A DNA stretch of 64,000 bases from Octopus vulgaris (Eukaryota), in contig OX597840.1 in NCBI GenBank assembly GCA_951406725.2, forward strand, positions 36,022,001 to 36,086,000, in the 5' to 3' direction. The translations under genes were made by a program, and so were the position numbers. Within the stretch, counting starts at the first letter, position 1. The number at the start of each line of letters is the position of its first letter. Below, piece by piece: positions 1-14,703 of the stretch. The notes beneath the pieces are model-generated. The model was given only the letters and a program-made list of their open reading frames with translations. It was not told the origin of the DNA and made no database searches.

Positions 1-99
1 ACAAGTGCAACAATAGAACATCATACACAGACACACAGATACACACACACACGCACACACATACATAAATATATAAATATATATACAGAGCAAGGGCGA

Positions 100-640
<541 letters not shown>

Positions 641-956
641 ATGTTCTATATATATTAATTGCGGTGGTATCATCTTCTATTAGTTAGCCATTTCTTTGTG
701 AAGAAATTGATTTATTGTTATAATGGTAATTAAATTATATATTGGAAACAAAAACAGACAACCAAAACCAAGAAAAGATATCTAATTAAATATAACAATA
801 CATTTAATGAATGATATGTTCTGCTGTCTTTGAGATTTTGGCGAAATTTTGTAGATTATTATTTTTTTGCTCTTAGTTTTAGCTTCCTTCCATCCATCTA
901 TCATATAGACAGGCAGACAGACAAACAGACTGGCGGACGGACGGGACGGACGGACA

Positions 957-1272
<316 letters not shown>

Positions 1273-1292
1273 GATAGATAGATAGATAGATA

Positions 1293-1393
1293 AGTTTCTT
1301 TATTGGCCACACAGGGTTGCACACAGATGGGACAAGTTACAAGGTAGAGCTTTTCTTTGGGGGATGAAAAACAAAAAACCAAAGAAAAAAATT
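1293..1393 (-). mobile_element. Tx1/L1-like LINE 3' UTR, 5'-truncated copy 2, inside (GATA)n
   Basis: Near-identical to 16624-16700 and 17007-17085; GATA arrays on both sides. Confidence 0.88.
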
Positions 1394-1433
<40 letters not shown>

Positions 1434-1750
1434 TAAATGTGCATCACACCACATCACACCACCCTACACCACTCGACACACACACACTAGCACACCCTTC
1501 CCAGCACCCACACCACACACCCCATCCGCACACCCACACACTACCATCCACACATCCATACATTACAGACGCAAACCCCTACACACGGACACAACTACAC
1601 AAGTCAAAGTCACTGGTCCCTATCCACACACACACAAATTTACACATTCTCCCATACACACACTCGCACGCGCAACTTCGTTTCCGGATCACCAATACTT
1701 TATCATCTCCCTTTTTTTACCTCTCATGTCAAACTATTTTTCTCAATTAG

Positions 1751-1939
1751 TCGCCATGCTTGACTGCTAAGTCAACAAGTTTTATTTTTATTCTCTCTCA
1801 GTTTATTTTCTTATTCCTCTCTGTTGAAGAGCGTAGGCTCGAAATGTAAAAGACTTTCTCATTTTCCCGAGTGTCAATCTATACACCTGTTTGTTGTTCG
1901 TACAACTGTCTTCATCTTTTGTGTTTTCTGTAAATTTCA

Positions 1940-1942
<3 letters not shown>
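1751..1942 (+). mobile_element. Penelope-type terminal-repeat (pLTR-like) fragment with variant minimal hammerhead motif
   Basis: CTGTTGA-A-GAGC-GTAG-GCTC-GAAA-TG-TA-AAAGA; homologous copy on the opposite strand at 59770-59965; ends in (TA)n. Confidence 0.6.
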
Positions 1943-2034
<92 letters not shown>

Positions 2035-2137
2035 TCTATAAAAATATACATGTATATATATACATATACGTATATGCATGTATATATATATATTCATGCA
2101 TATATATACATATATATACAGTTTTGTTTAATAACCT

Positions 2138-2371
2138 ATTTCTTTACTACCCACAAGGGGCTAAACACAGAGAGGACAAAAAACAAGGACAGACAAACGG
2201 ATTAAATCGATTATATCGACCCCAGTGCGTAACTGATATTTATTTAATCGACCCCGAAAGGATGAAAGGCAAAGTCGACCTCGGCGTAATTTGAACTCAG
2301 AACGTAACGACAGACGAAATACTGCTAAATATTTCGCCCGGCGTGCTAACGTCTCTGCCATCTCGTCGCCT
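2138..2371 (-). mobile_element. tRNA-derived SINE family A, full length, with 17-bp TSD
   Basis: Minus strand has A-box-like TGGCAGAGACGTTAG and B-box GTTCAAATT, central GACTTTGCCTTTCATCCTTTCGGGGTCGAT; TSD GTTTTGTTTAATAACCT at 2121-2137 and 2372-2388. Confidence 0.92.
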
Positions 2372-2718
2372 GTTTTGTTTAATAACCTGTCACAAGCAGT
2401 GTTTAGTAGGGTTGGCTTTTATTCCGGATTCACTCCTACGATCTGGACTAAAAGCCGTTGGCAAGCCAGCTTATTAAATGCATAGTAATGTTCTACTAAA
2501 ATTACAATATTGGACAGTTATAACTGCCTCTCCTGAAAAAGTCTCGAAACTTCTGGAGTAACTCTCGTATATCGCTAAAATTTGGTAAGTTGACATTTGA
2601 CGTATAAATAATACATTTCATTCTGCTAATAATATATTGCCTCATCGTTAGTAAATATTTGTCGTTATCTAAAATTTGTTCGGATTATCAACACCAGCTA
2701 GAAATATATAAGTATATC

Positions 2719-3486
2719 TATTTCTATTAAACACAGAGAGGACAAACAAGGACAGGCAAAGGGATTAAGTCGATTATATCGACCCCAGTGAGTAACTGGT
2801 ACTTACTTAATCGACTCCGAAAGGATGAAAGGCTAAGACTACCAGGGTGGAATCTGAACTTAGAACGTAGCCACAGACGAAATGCCTATTTCTTTACTAC
2901 TCACAAGGGGCTAAACACAGAGAGGACAAACAAGGAGAGACAAACGGATTAAGTCGATTCAATCGACCCCAGTGCGTAACTGGTACTTACTTAATCGACC
3001 CCGAAAGGATGAAAGGCAAAGTCGACCTCGGCGCAATTTGAACTCAAAACGTAGCGGCAGACGAAATACCTATTTCTTTACTACCCACAAGGGGCTAAAC
3101 ACACAGAGGACAAACAAGGATAGACAAACAGATTAAATCGATTATATCGCCCCCAGTGCGTAACTGGTACTTATTTAATCGACCCCGAAAGGATGAAAGG
3201 CAAAGTCGACCTCGGCGCAATTTGAACTCAGAACGTAACGGTAGACGAAATGCCTATTTCTTTACTACCCACAAGGGGCTAAACACAGAAAGGACAAACA
3301 AGGACAGACAAACGGATTAAGTCGATTATATCGATCCCAGTGCGTAACTGGTACTCACTTAATCAACCCCGAAAGGATGAAAGGCTAAGTCTACATCGGT
3401 GGAATTAGAACTCAGAACGTAACGGCGGACGAAATACCACAAAGCCTTTCGCCCGGCGTGCTAACCTTTCTGCCAGCTCACCGCCT
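2719..3486 (-). mobile_element. Tandem array of four SINE family A units (~184 bp period)
   Basis: Units start near 2719, 2886, 3070 and 3254; only the last (5'-most on minus) keeps the full head. Confidence 0.9.
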
Positions 3487-4749
3487 TAATATATATGTAT
3501 ATCACTCTGTACGTGTGCACGTGTGCGTGTGTGTGTGTGTGTGTGTTTAGTTCTGCTCAATATACACCGAGGCAGACTGCTATCAGCCCTGATAGTATCA
3601 GAAAATGAAACGGTATGCCTAACCATTCAGTTCCCGAATTTTGCCCGAGCTTTCTTAAATTTAATTAGCAAACACTTTACTCCCGGGTTTAAAACTTCAC
3701 GAAATTTTTAATCAAAATATGACTAAGGCAAATTACAGTAATACAGAAAACTATTCATCTTCATTAGAATTAATTAATTGAAAGAAATGATCACCGCCAT
3801 AACATACAAGAAGCAACTAAGCAAGCCGGTTGCCTCGACAGCATCACCTGTCTGCAAAATTGTAACGTCCATAAAGTTGTGTCATATTTTGTGCTATCAT
3901 AACGCAGGAATAAACACACTCAGAGTTATGTAGGCGTTAAGAGCAAGCTTTTGCTATAACCAGCAAAATATGATTCAGTAAGATATGAATGAGACAAGAG
4001 TTATGACATCGCTCTAAAAGTACAAATAGAATTTCAAAGACGGCAACATTTATAACTGATATTAACTGATATTAACACTTATTTATTTTAGACTTGCATG
4101 TATGAACAGATTTATATGCAACTTGTGTCTTTCAGAGAAATATAACATTCATTCTCAAAATCTGTGCCATATTAGCAACTCGTTTAAATTAACGCTTTTT
4201 TTTCCTTTTACTATTATATATTGACTTAGTTTAGCAATCTTTCTATTCATCAACTCCCTTCTCACCTCAGGGTTTCCTTTTACATCAACCGCGTCATCGC
4301 CTGCTTCTCCTGCTCATTTCATTTCTCTTTATTTCTTACCTTCTTGTCAACTTATGAAGCTCACGTTTTCATGCGTTCACCATCAGTCGCAGCCAATTTT
4401 TCAAGCGCAGAGGGTATAAAACTCTACTACATCCCTTTAATTTACCTCCACTTCCAACGGCAATTTCATCGTACTCTTTCTGCCGATCTTTCTTATTAAT
4501 TCATAGCGATTTCTAGCATTCATAGCATAAAATCGGACGAACTAATATAAGTTGGAAGGTAATATAAATAAAGATTATTAAATTTTACATTGGATACAAG
4601 ATTAGCGAAACTTCGGCCATTTCTAAAGTATTATTTTATTTTAATATAATATAGAATTTTCTCGACGCACAATTTAGTTTTGAATTCTTTAAGGGTGAGC
4701 GGATTCCAGTTTATAATTAGCCTATAGACCTATATATAGGTAGATAGAC

Positions 4750-4828
<79 letters not shown>

Positions 4829-4854
4829 AAGATACAGATACATATGTATATTCT

Positions 4855-5072
<218 letters not shown>

Positions 5073-5294
5073 AGCTGACCTGTTCATGTCTGTTTTCCAG
5101 ACAGATGAGAATACTTATGAGATAAGATTTTGTAATATGAAAATTCGCCCTTGAAGGGAAAATTTTCGGGCGAGCTTTGCTCAAGGCCAAGCAGATGTTA
5201 TTAGATATTTTTCTGACAAAAATATATACAGAAATACATAAAGAAGGACAAAAAATATATGAACTTACGCGAGACGACGCGAACAGCAGCTAAT

Positions 5295-5397
<103 letters not shown>

Positions 5398-5654
5398 GTG
5401 CATGGATTGATGGATGGCTGGATGGATGGGTAGATTAATAGATAGATAAATAGATTTGTGTGTACATAATGTGTCTGTATAAATTAGTGGTATTAGATAT
5501 AAACACACACACACACACATATATATATATACATACAGACACATATATATATATAACATATATGTGTATATATACATATACATATATGTATATATATATA
5601 CATATACATATATATATATACATATACATAAATATACATACATATACATAGATA

Positions 5655-5690
<36 letters not shown>

Positions 5691-6062
5691 GTGTTTGTTG
5701 GTAGTTGGTGCCAAGAGCTGAAATATATAGCAAAGAATCTAATGTTGTGCGCCATTTGTCAGATTTCGATTCGTTGCCGGAATCAGAATTGTTTTTAGCG
5801 TTTCGCATTGTCCATCTCTGCTGGTTATTCCCATCTCGTGAGGAATGATTCTTACCATTCTACCTCCAGCAATATCTTTCTATTGATTTATACACACGTC
5901 TATACACACGCACGCACACACACACACACACACATACACACACACGCTCGCACACGCACACACATACCACATTTACTAGAATTTTAAACTTTCAACTGGG
6001 AAGACAAAGCAAAGTAAATTATTTGAATTTCTTTGCTTGAGACCGATGTTCGAGTAAAGATT

Positions 6063-6282
6063 GTAGTAGTGGTGGTGGTGGTGGTGGTGGTGGTGGTGGT
6101 GGTGGTGGTGGTGGTAGGTGGTAGTGGTGGTGGTGGTGGTGGTGGTGGTGGTGGTGGTGGTGGTGGTGGTGGTGGTGGTGGTGGTGGTGGTGGTGGTGGT
6201 GTTGATAGTAGTAGTGGTAGTGGTGGTGGTGGTGGTGGGTGGTGGTGGTGGTGGTGGTGGTGGTGGTGGTGGTGGTGGTGGC

Positions 6283-6314
<32 letters not shown>
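6063..6314. repeat. (GGT)n/(AGT)n microsatellite
   Basis: Direct reading; gives poly-P/H/T/V/G/W ORFs. Confidence 0.95.
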
Positions 6315-6429
6315 CTTTCACTGTTGTTGATGTTGCAGCAACAGCAGAGATGAGTTTCAGTTTTATCAGTTTCTTGACTTAACAGTTTTGTATTTTGCAT
6401 TCTAATATTTATGGCGGCGTTCATTGTTA

Positions 6430-7230
6430 GAGGCACATTTCAGGGCTTTTGACCCCACTCGATCAGCTGCAGGCAAAATTTTGACATTGAGGAGTTTGGC
6501 TCCGCTGCCACCCAGACCCCGCCGGATAGTGTCTTCTATCCACTCGGGTTCTATCCCGGGTGGCAAACCGCAGACCCAAGCCCTTGTCAACTTCTTCCCA
6601 CAATACGTGGGAAGAAACTATATTTCTTCGCCCTCTAAGGGCTGACTTGCAAAATTGCGAGCCTCTTCAGGAGTATCAAATAGCAACCACATCGTCGCAT
6701 TTTTGACACCCCTGGAAATAAATTTTATAGTTGGCATTTACTCCGCCAACTCTCTCTCTCTATGTCGGTCTTTTTAAAGAGGGCGTTGGTGTCGAGCGAC
6801 TTGGAGTACGTTCGCAGCACCACCGTCCTCTCCTCGAAACTTTTTATCCACTGTTTGGGTGGGTAAATTTACCACTCCAATACCTTATCTTACTTTGCCA
6901 TGTTTGGGAGCAAAAAACTTCAAACCAAAGTTCAAACAAAAGTTCGAAGTCAAAACAAAAGGAAGACAGAAGAAAGAAGGAAGACAGAAGAAAGAAGGAA
7001 GACAGAAGAAAGAAGGAAGACAGTTCAAAACACAGCAGAATAAAGCACAATTCCGGCCGACAGTAATCCTGGCCTCGGGTAATCCACCAGCAGGAACAGT
7101 GCCACAAATTGGTACGAATTTCACAAATATTCGGTAAAATCCATTTTGGTAAAATTCCACAACTTTTTTGGGAGGTCAGATACGCCCCCAAAACAACATT
7201 TCTCACAGCTAAGAGAGCCACTTAGCGTGA
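6430..7230 (-). pseudogene. Probable 5' leader and ORF1 (RRM-like) fragment of an L1/Tx1-type LINE
   Basis: Manual minus translation from ~6737: MPTIKFISRGVKNATMWLLFDTPEEARNFASQPLEGEEI*FLPTYCGKKLTRAWVCGLPPGIEPEWIEDTI, with an RNP2-like (V)xxLP motif; GC-richer than flanks; short tandem repeat GGAAGACAGAAGAAAGAA at 6961-7023. Confidence 0.55.
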
Positions 7231-7723
7231 CTGCAGGCAGACAAATGTACGGGATCCAGTGAGGATTTCTTATTTGCAAAAAGGAAAAACAATATCAAAC
7301 AACAAAACCCCACTAAATCTAAAAAAAACACATGCCTTCCTTACAGTCGCGTCTCCAATGTTCTTCACAATGTTCTTCACGAAAGTATGTCTTGGCAGCA
7401 TTCAGTGCAAAACCAACACTGACTCACGCATGCATCATAAGCAAGCTACGTACCACACAGCCACTCCTGCACCTATAATTATAAACATTTTTTTCTTTCG
7501 CTGCTTTCCGAACCATTCCTAACCGTTGAGCTTCTAGGATTCCTCCGTTCAGCATCAGTGTGAGAAACACCATTGGCTGTTGATCTCGTCCACTACCTTT
7601 CCACAATCTGCTATGCTGTAATCTCATGAGTTTTTCCATATCCCTGGAAGGGTGACTGAACAGATGATAAGCTTTGCCAAAAAATAAAATAGGAATTTTT
7701 TTACATATACAACGAATGGCTAT

Positions 7724-8389
7724 GGAGTGCAGTAGTGGAAAATAGGGATTAGAGGGGCCCATAGACAAAACAAAAATGGTTAGAAACTACTGACCCCAAG
7801 TATTTTATGCCAGCCGTAACAAATATATTTTTTAAGAAAAAATAATGGTAGGTTTCATTTGATAGACGTTTTAGCTGCTATTTCTAGTGACAAGAGTTCC
7901 CTTCATTGGTTCAGAATTTGTAGTTTGCTTCATAAAACTAAAAATGATGCAGGAGTGTAAAATAGGGATCAGAGTGGCCCATAGGCAAAAGCAAAAATGG
8001 TTGGAGACCACTGACCCGAAGTGTTTTATGCCAGCCGTAACAAATATATTTTCTAAGAAAAAATAATGGTAGGTATCATTTGAGGGACATTTTAGCTGCT
8101 ATTTCTAGTGACGAGAGTTTCCTTCATTGTTTCAGAATTTATAGTTTTCTTCATAAAACTAAAAATGATGCAGGAGTGTAAAATAGGGATCAGAGTGGCC
8201 CATAGGCAAAAGCAAAAATGGTTGGAGACCACTGACCCGAAGTGTTTTATGCCAGCCGTAACAAATATATTTTCTAAGAAAAAATAATGGTAGGTATCAT
8301 TTGAGGGACATTTTAGCTGCTATTTCTAGTGACGAGAGTTTCCTTCATTGTTTCAGAATTTATAGTTTTCTTCATAAAACTTAAAATGA
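7724..8389. repeat. Tandem triplication of a ~221-bp unit containing a hAT-type TIR-like end
   Basis: AATAGGGAT recurs at 7741, 7961 and 8182; each unit has GGTTGGAGACCACTG-like sequence resembling the complement of CAGTGGTTCTCAACC. Confidence 0.85.
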
Positions 8390-8847
8390 CTTTACTGCCA
8401 ATGAATTCTTCTCAATCCCATAAAAAAACCTATGAAATAAAATCCACAATCTCGTTTATACAAAAATTCTACAGTTCTCGACGTATGCAATACTTAAGTA
8501 TGGAAAGAAATAGAAAACATAATCTATTATACAGACAACATTTCCATTATTCATAAGAGAATTATCTGATAAACTATGGAACAAAATCGAAGACATAATC
8601 TTTCATAGATGCAACATTTGTAGAATCTATATTTTCGTAAGTAATTTGACTGATAAAGGAATATTTTGAATAAAATATGAGTTACAGCTTTTGTATTTTG
8701 ATCATTGATATTGTGGGTTCAACTTCAACTATGCGTCGGACATGAAATTATGGTTGTAGTACTGAGGTCAACTTGCTCGAATAAATCCTTTACGAATGTG
8801 TCCCCCAACATGGCTATAGTCCAATGACTGAAACAGGTAACAAATGA

Positions 8848-9830
8848 AAGACATACGAACACATTGAATCGATAAAATCAGCAGAACGACCCACAGAATA
8901 CTCTGTAAGTGTCGCAAGTTCAAAACGCGCCGGAGCCAAATTGATCCCTTTATATAGTTCATATCATTGTTATCTTCGAGCGGGTATAATTGACCACAAC
9001 CTAAATTCGAGGAGCTGGGGTCTTGTGTCTATGTAAGGGAGCATTGCGTAGTCAGAAATTGTGGAACGAATGACAAAATACCAGGCAGTGTCTAGTTAAT
9101 ATAGCGTTTGTCTTGTGTATGACTTTAAACTAAATCCGACTGTTGGGTTCAAGTGTGGGAATTCCAGGGTTTTGATGTGTCTACAATACCTCTAAGCCAC
9201 TATTGTCCCCAGGTCTGCTCTGACCCGCAGGAGCAGCATCCGTCAGGGTCCCATGTATGGATTAATTAGCAGTCTATGGAAGAAACCCCAAGCGAGGGAC
9301 CTCACTGCCTTGTAAGTATATTGGAGAAGCAAAAAGCTAGCAGGGTTAGCCTCAACTGTAAATCAACAGGTGGACTTTCTCGGGTGGACCGGTGCCCTTT
9401 TTGACATCCTTCTGGAAATTTCAAGGTGCGTAGAGCTCTTCTGCCCTGTTAGGTAATCCATCAAGGCTTAGAGTTGATTGTACGCTCATAGTGGCTTAGA
9501 GGTGGTTGTAGACTCATCAGAACCCTGGAACTCCCACACTTAGACCCAAAAGTCGGATTTAGTTTAAAGTCATACACAAGACAAACGCTATATTAACTAG
9601 ACACTGCTTGGTATTTTGTCATTCGTTCCACAATTTCTGACTACGCAATGCTCCCTTACATAGACACAAGACCCCAGCTCCTCGAATTTAGGTTGTGGTC
9701 AATTATATCCGCTCGAAGATAAGAATGACACGAAATATATAAAGGGATCAATTTGGCTCCGGCGCGTTTTGAACTTGCGACACTTAAGGTCGTTCTGTCG
9801 ATTTTATCGATTCAATATGTTCGTATGTCT
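8848..9830. repeat. Long inverted repeat: ~350-bp arms (8848-9203 / 9488-9830), ~285-bp spacer
   Basis: For example GGAGCCAAATTGATCCCTTTATATA vs TATATAAAGGGATCAATTTGGCTCC, and CTCTAAGCCACTAT vs ATAGTGGCTTAGAG; scattered mismatches and one ~14-nt indel. Confidence 0.95.
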
Positions 9831-10933
9831 TGTGTTGAGCGTACAGCTTGCTGGTAACCGCAGCAGTCTTTGCCCGATGAGCCACTGTTTTAGACCTCAA
9901 AATCGACAGATAGGACTGCGCAGACTGATTCTCACTTTAGAACTACTAAGGACAGCCAGGAAGAAAAACTCTTCAGTGTCTGGAGATCAGTTTATACAGC
10001 TTGAAGGCGAGACACTCTTCTTCATTATCTTCGAATACAAAGAAACTGCCACTATTGTTTAGTTAAGACACCTTGCGCTTTAAGTTCAAACCCAGCCAGA
10101 GTTAAAACGGTTGATTTTGAACTCCAGTGTTGATAAAAATCGGCTTGAAGTCACAAATGAGATCGATATAATCAGATACAACTCTCCTCTTTATATGTTC
10201 TGTCTTGTACTAATGTTTAAAATCAATATTTCAGTATATCAAAGCAGAAAGAAGTCTGTGATAAGATCTAGAAGAAGAAAAAAAACAGTCGTTGCGTTAA
10301 TAAAAACAAAATAGTTCCTTGTAGATCTGAATAATGAGGGTCGTTTAAGAACAAAACAAAGATAAGAGAAGACAACTGCTCAACTACTTCTCTATCAAAT
10401 TTATGTTCTTATTTACATATGGACAGAAAAAAAGCAAATAGCGTCGTTTATTTGCAGATTAATACAGAGATATACGTTTCATAGGAAACTTGCATCATTT
10501 TGTATCTGCAAAAAACTTTATGAGATAAAGTGATTTGTTGGGGTTTTTTGAGGGGGTTTTTATTTTTCAGTTTTTTTTTCTCGATCGTAATTTTTCCTGG
10601 TTTTTCGTTTCTTTTTCTTTTTTCTTATTTGGCTTTTATTTTTCAAAAATTAGATACCGAGGAAGTATAAAATTATGATGATAAACGGGGAAGCTTTGCG
10701 TGTAAAGGAAATTGCATGACAGATGCTGTATGGCAGATAAGATATGAAATACTACATCACATATCTTTGTTAAATACAATGTCTTCCAGTGTTTTCGGTG
10801 ACCTCGGGGACAGGGAAAGTCGCTGGGCTCAAATGTTAACGTCGCCTCCTTGTCTGCGCGATTCGTTTCTAGGGAAAGAAAAATTCCTAACATCGGGCTA
10901 CAAGTAACCTTAGAGGCTATTATTATCATCATT

Positions 10934-10966
<33 letters not shown>

Positions 10967-11012
10967 GTCATCATCATCATCATCATCATTATTATTATTA
11001 TTATTATTATTA

Positions 11013-11402
11013 CTAGCAGTATCGCCCGGCGTTGCTCGGGTTTGTTTCGACCCTTTAGAATTGAAATTTTTGAAAAGTAAAACTTTTGCATTATGTAGCT
11101 TGTTATTCTCTTTAAGTGAACATTTTTCTGGTTGAAATGCACCGAAAAATGGCAGCACAGCAGTCAAAAAATCATAAAAAATAGGGATTTTCGTAGAAAA
11201 AAAGCACCTTTTTGATGTAAATAATTTTTGGTGTTAACATGGTCCGATTTGAATTTTATCTTCTACGAAAGGAAGAGCAAACCTTCTTCTATCATACTCT
11301 CAATTTTGGTCAACTTGTGCCGCAGGGTCTCGGAGGAGATAGTGTTGGTTGAAGGCTACCAAACCTGCCACACACAGACAACTTCAGCTTTATATATATA
11401 GA
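11013..11402 (-). mobile_element. Non-autonomous Helitron family H1 (~390 bp) inserted in (TTA)n
   Basis: Minus 5' TCTATATATATAAAGCTG; 3' CCCGAGCAACGCCGGG hairpin then CTAG; A|T target, no TSD; three more copies in the window. Confidence 0.92.
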
Positions 11403-11508
11403 TTATTATTATTATTATTCTATGTTTGACTTTTGCTTTATGTCTGTACAAGTTGGCTCCAAGTCTCACCCAGAGACCTCAAGAGACAACAGGTTGGAAG
11501 TTCTGTGC

Positions 11509-11652
<144 letters not shown>

Positions 11653-12479
11653 GGATTACTGTTCTGCTGTTGTGACCTTTTACCAACGCTGTGTACGCGA
11701 CTTTCACATGATGTAACGGGGAAGAAAAGTTTAAAACTATTAACAAAATTACTGCGTGTATTTGTTCATTAATAATTGCATCGTATACCGTGGAGCTAAC
11801 ACTTGGATGTTTTCGCTTTAAATTATAAACGCAATACGAAGAATATACTTGTTTGGCTATCAAATTATTGCAATACAAACCTTTCCACCCTGAGGCGTTC
11901 TGCTATTATTCAACGCAGATAACATGTTCCTCTTAACGAGGTTTTTCAAGGGTTCTCCTTGTTTATAGGTTTCTTAGAAAAACCTTGTGAAAAATATGTT
12001 TCACACTGAGAAAGCAGGGAAGATATTAACTTCAACAAATCTCTATAAAAAAGAAAACTGGCAAAGAAAGACGATTGAAAGTGCCTATGTGTGAGTATTG
12101 AATGTGATTTTTATGCTTGCTTCTGGTGTGCCATTGTATTGGTGTTTGTAGGAAATTTATGAATGAATGAATGGCAAAGTACTTCCATCCAGTAACATTC
12201 TTTTAAGTACAAGTCGTGTATATATATACATATCATGTTATTTTTGTCTTCTATGAAACTCGTGTTTATATATGCATGTATGTGTATATGTATGCAAACA
12301 TACATATATTCGCATACATCAATTTGTATATACATATACGTATATATGTATGTATATGTATATGCATATATATATATACATAGATACACACACGCACACA
12401 CACATATATATATACATGTATAGATTCACATATATATATACACACACACACATACATATGTATTTACAGATATGTGCAC

Positions 12480-12526
<47 letters not shown>

Positions 12527-13295
12527 ATCTATCTATCTACTTTTCTATCTGTGTGCCTGTCTGTCTATCCCTCTATATGTATATATATATATATTTACGT
12601 GTTTGTGTGCGCGTGTGTGTGTACATAAATATATATATACATAATACATACATATATATATATAAATAAATGTCAATATATATATGTGTGTGTAAATATA
12701 TATATATATTTATATATATATATATATATACATACACGCACCACGCACACACACCTATATGCGTCGATATTGATAATGCACTTGTATTTGTGCATGTATG
12801 GAATTCGTTATTGCATAGATATGGAGGAAACGTACAGAACCTCCTTTAAATATTATCGTTTATTTCTTTGGCACCACTCCACCAAAATAATGGATGTGCA
12901 ACGTAAGTGCATCTTCAACCTATTGTACATGTAACGTGTTGCTATAAAACACAGCCACAGCAAGGGGCAGTAGCGTGTGCACCGGCAACAACAGTTGTAA
13001 TACTGAGGTGGATATTGTAAGTGCATGTCATTTGTTATATAGAATTCTTTGTAATTGTCCGGGTATATTTAACTAAAGTACTCGTTGAAAGGGAAAACAA
13101 TTGGTTAAGAATTTCCGGGTATATTAGGTTAGGTGTGAAAAGGGTATTGCTGTTGGTGCAATACGGTAGAATTTTGTCATATTGCATTTTCGAGGCTATA
13201 AATGTAGAAAGCCTGATAATTCAGAAAACCTTTTCTGCAATGAATATTCTAATCGATAGATAGGATTTGGTGGCCATTGTGCGATACATATTTAG

Positions 13296-13349
<54 letters not shown>

Positions 13350-13645
13350 GAGAATGTATAATGCATGTTAAAAGTATGTAGCACATACTGTTAAAAGTAT
13401 GTTGGGTATGCATACATGTATATGCATGTATTTATGTGTGTATGTACACACACACACACACACACACACATACACACACATATATATATATTATTTTAGT
13501 ACGGAGCAAATAATTCACGAGAGAAAATTATTCACGGGAAAATAATTTATATATATATATATATATATATATACATACCCCAAATGCCACACACTAGGAC
13601 TCAACCAGCAATACTATTGGACTGGTTGGGAAGCCACACCTGCGC

Positions 13646-13740
<95 letters not shown>

Positions 13741-14650
13741 GATTGATAGATTAGAGACAGGTATTCTCTCCATTTTGTTAACACCTGAATATATATATGC
13801 ATATATATGTATGTACGTATGTATATGCATATGTGTCTGTGTGTTTGTGTGTGTGTGCGTGTATGCATCTGTATATACTACATGAACAGCCTGTATAATG
13901 CGGTTTCATAAAAACTTGAATCAATGACCTCTCACGTGTAAAAAGAAACAAATAAAAAATACAAACAAAATGAAAACGAAAAAAAAATTTTTTTAAACCT
14001 GCGCCATGTTTCTTATTGTCTGCATCCTATTTTTCAGGGTTGTGGGTCATGGAAGGAAAAGACAAGACGTGAAAGGAAGTAATTTCAATAACCGTAGAAT
14101 TATTGTAAGTCTTTTAATTAGAGGATAGAATCCGGTTTGAAAGAAACTAGAGAACGTCTGAATGCCAGTACGAATTAGTTCATCGTAGAATTTTATTATT
14201 GGATAACTGTTCACAACTGGCGGCATTTGAACTTGTTTGAACTTCACTAATTAGATAACTTTAAAAGCGTCTGAATCAAAGGATGGAAGCTATACGATGT
14301 TGCAATTTTCGTTTTTAAAGTATCTATAAATAAACAGGAAATAAAATAGAAACCATTTTCGTAAGGTTAGTCAGTTGACGCCGAGATATATACTCTTTTA
14401 CTTGTTTCAGTCATTTGGCTGCGGCTATGCTGGAGCACCGCCTTTTAGTCGAGCAAATCGATCCCCATGACTTATTCTTTGTAAGCCTAGTACTTATTTT
14501 ATCAGTCGCTTTTTGCCGAACCGCTAAGTTACGGGTACGTAAACACACCAGCATCAGTTGTCAAGGGATGTTGCGGTGGGAACAAACACAGACACACAAA
14601 CATATACACACACATACTTATATTATATATATATAGAGAGAGAGAGAGAC

Positions 14651-14703
<53 letters not shown>

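Noticed and set aside
2719-3486. Regularly spaced repeats suggesting a CRISPR array
   Set aside because: Whole units repeat, there are no unique spacers, the units are SINE bodies, and the context is eukaryotic with no cas genes
9500-9535. CTGATGAG on the minus strand of the inverted-repeat arm as a hammerhead
   Set aside because: No downstream stem II closure plus GAAA could be found
9872-9920. GCAGTC..CCGATGAG..CTCAAAA..GACTGC hammerhead-like arrangement
   Set aside because: Several core mismatches, and the stem is not adjacent to the core
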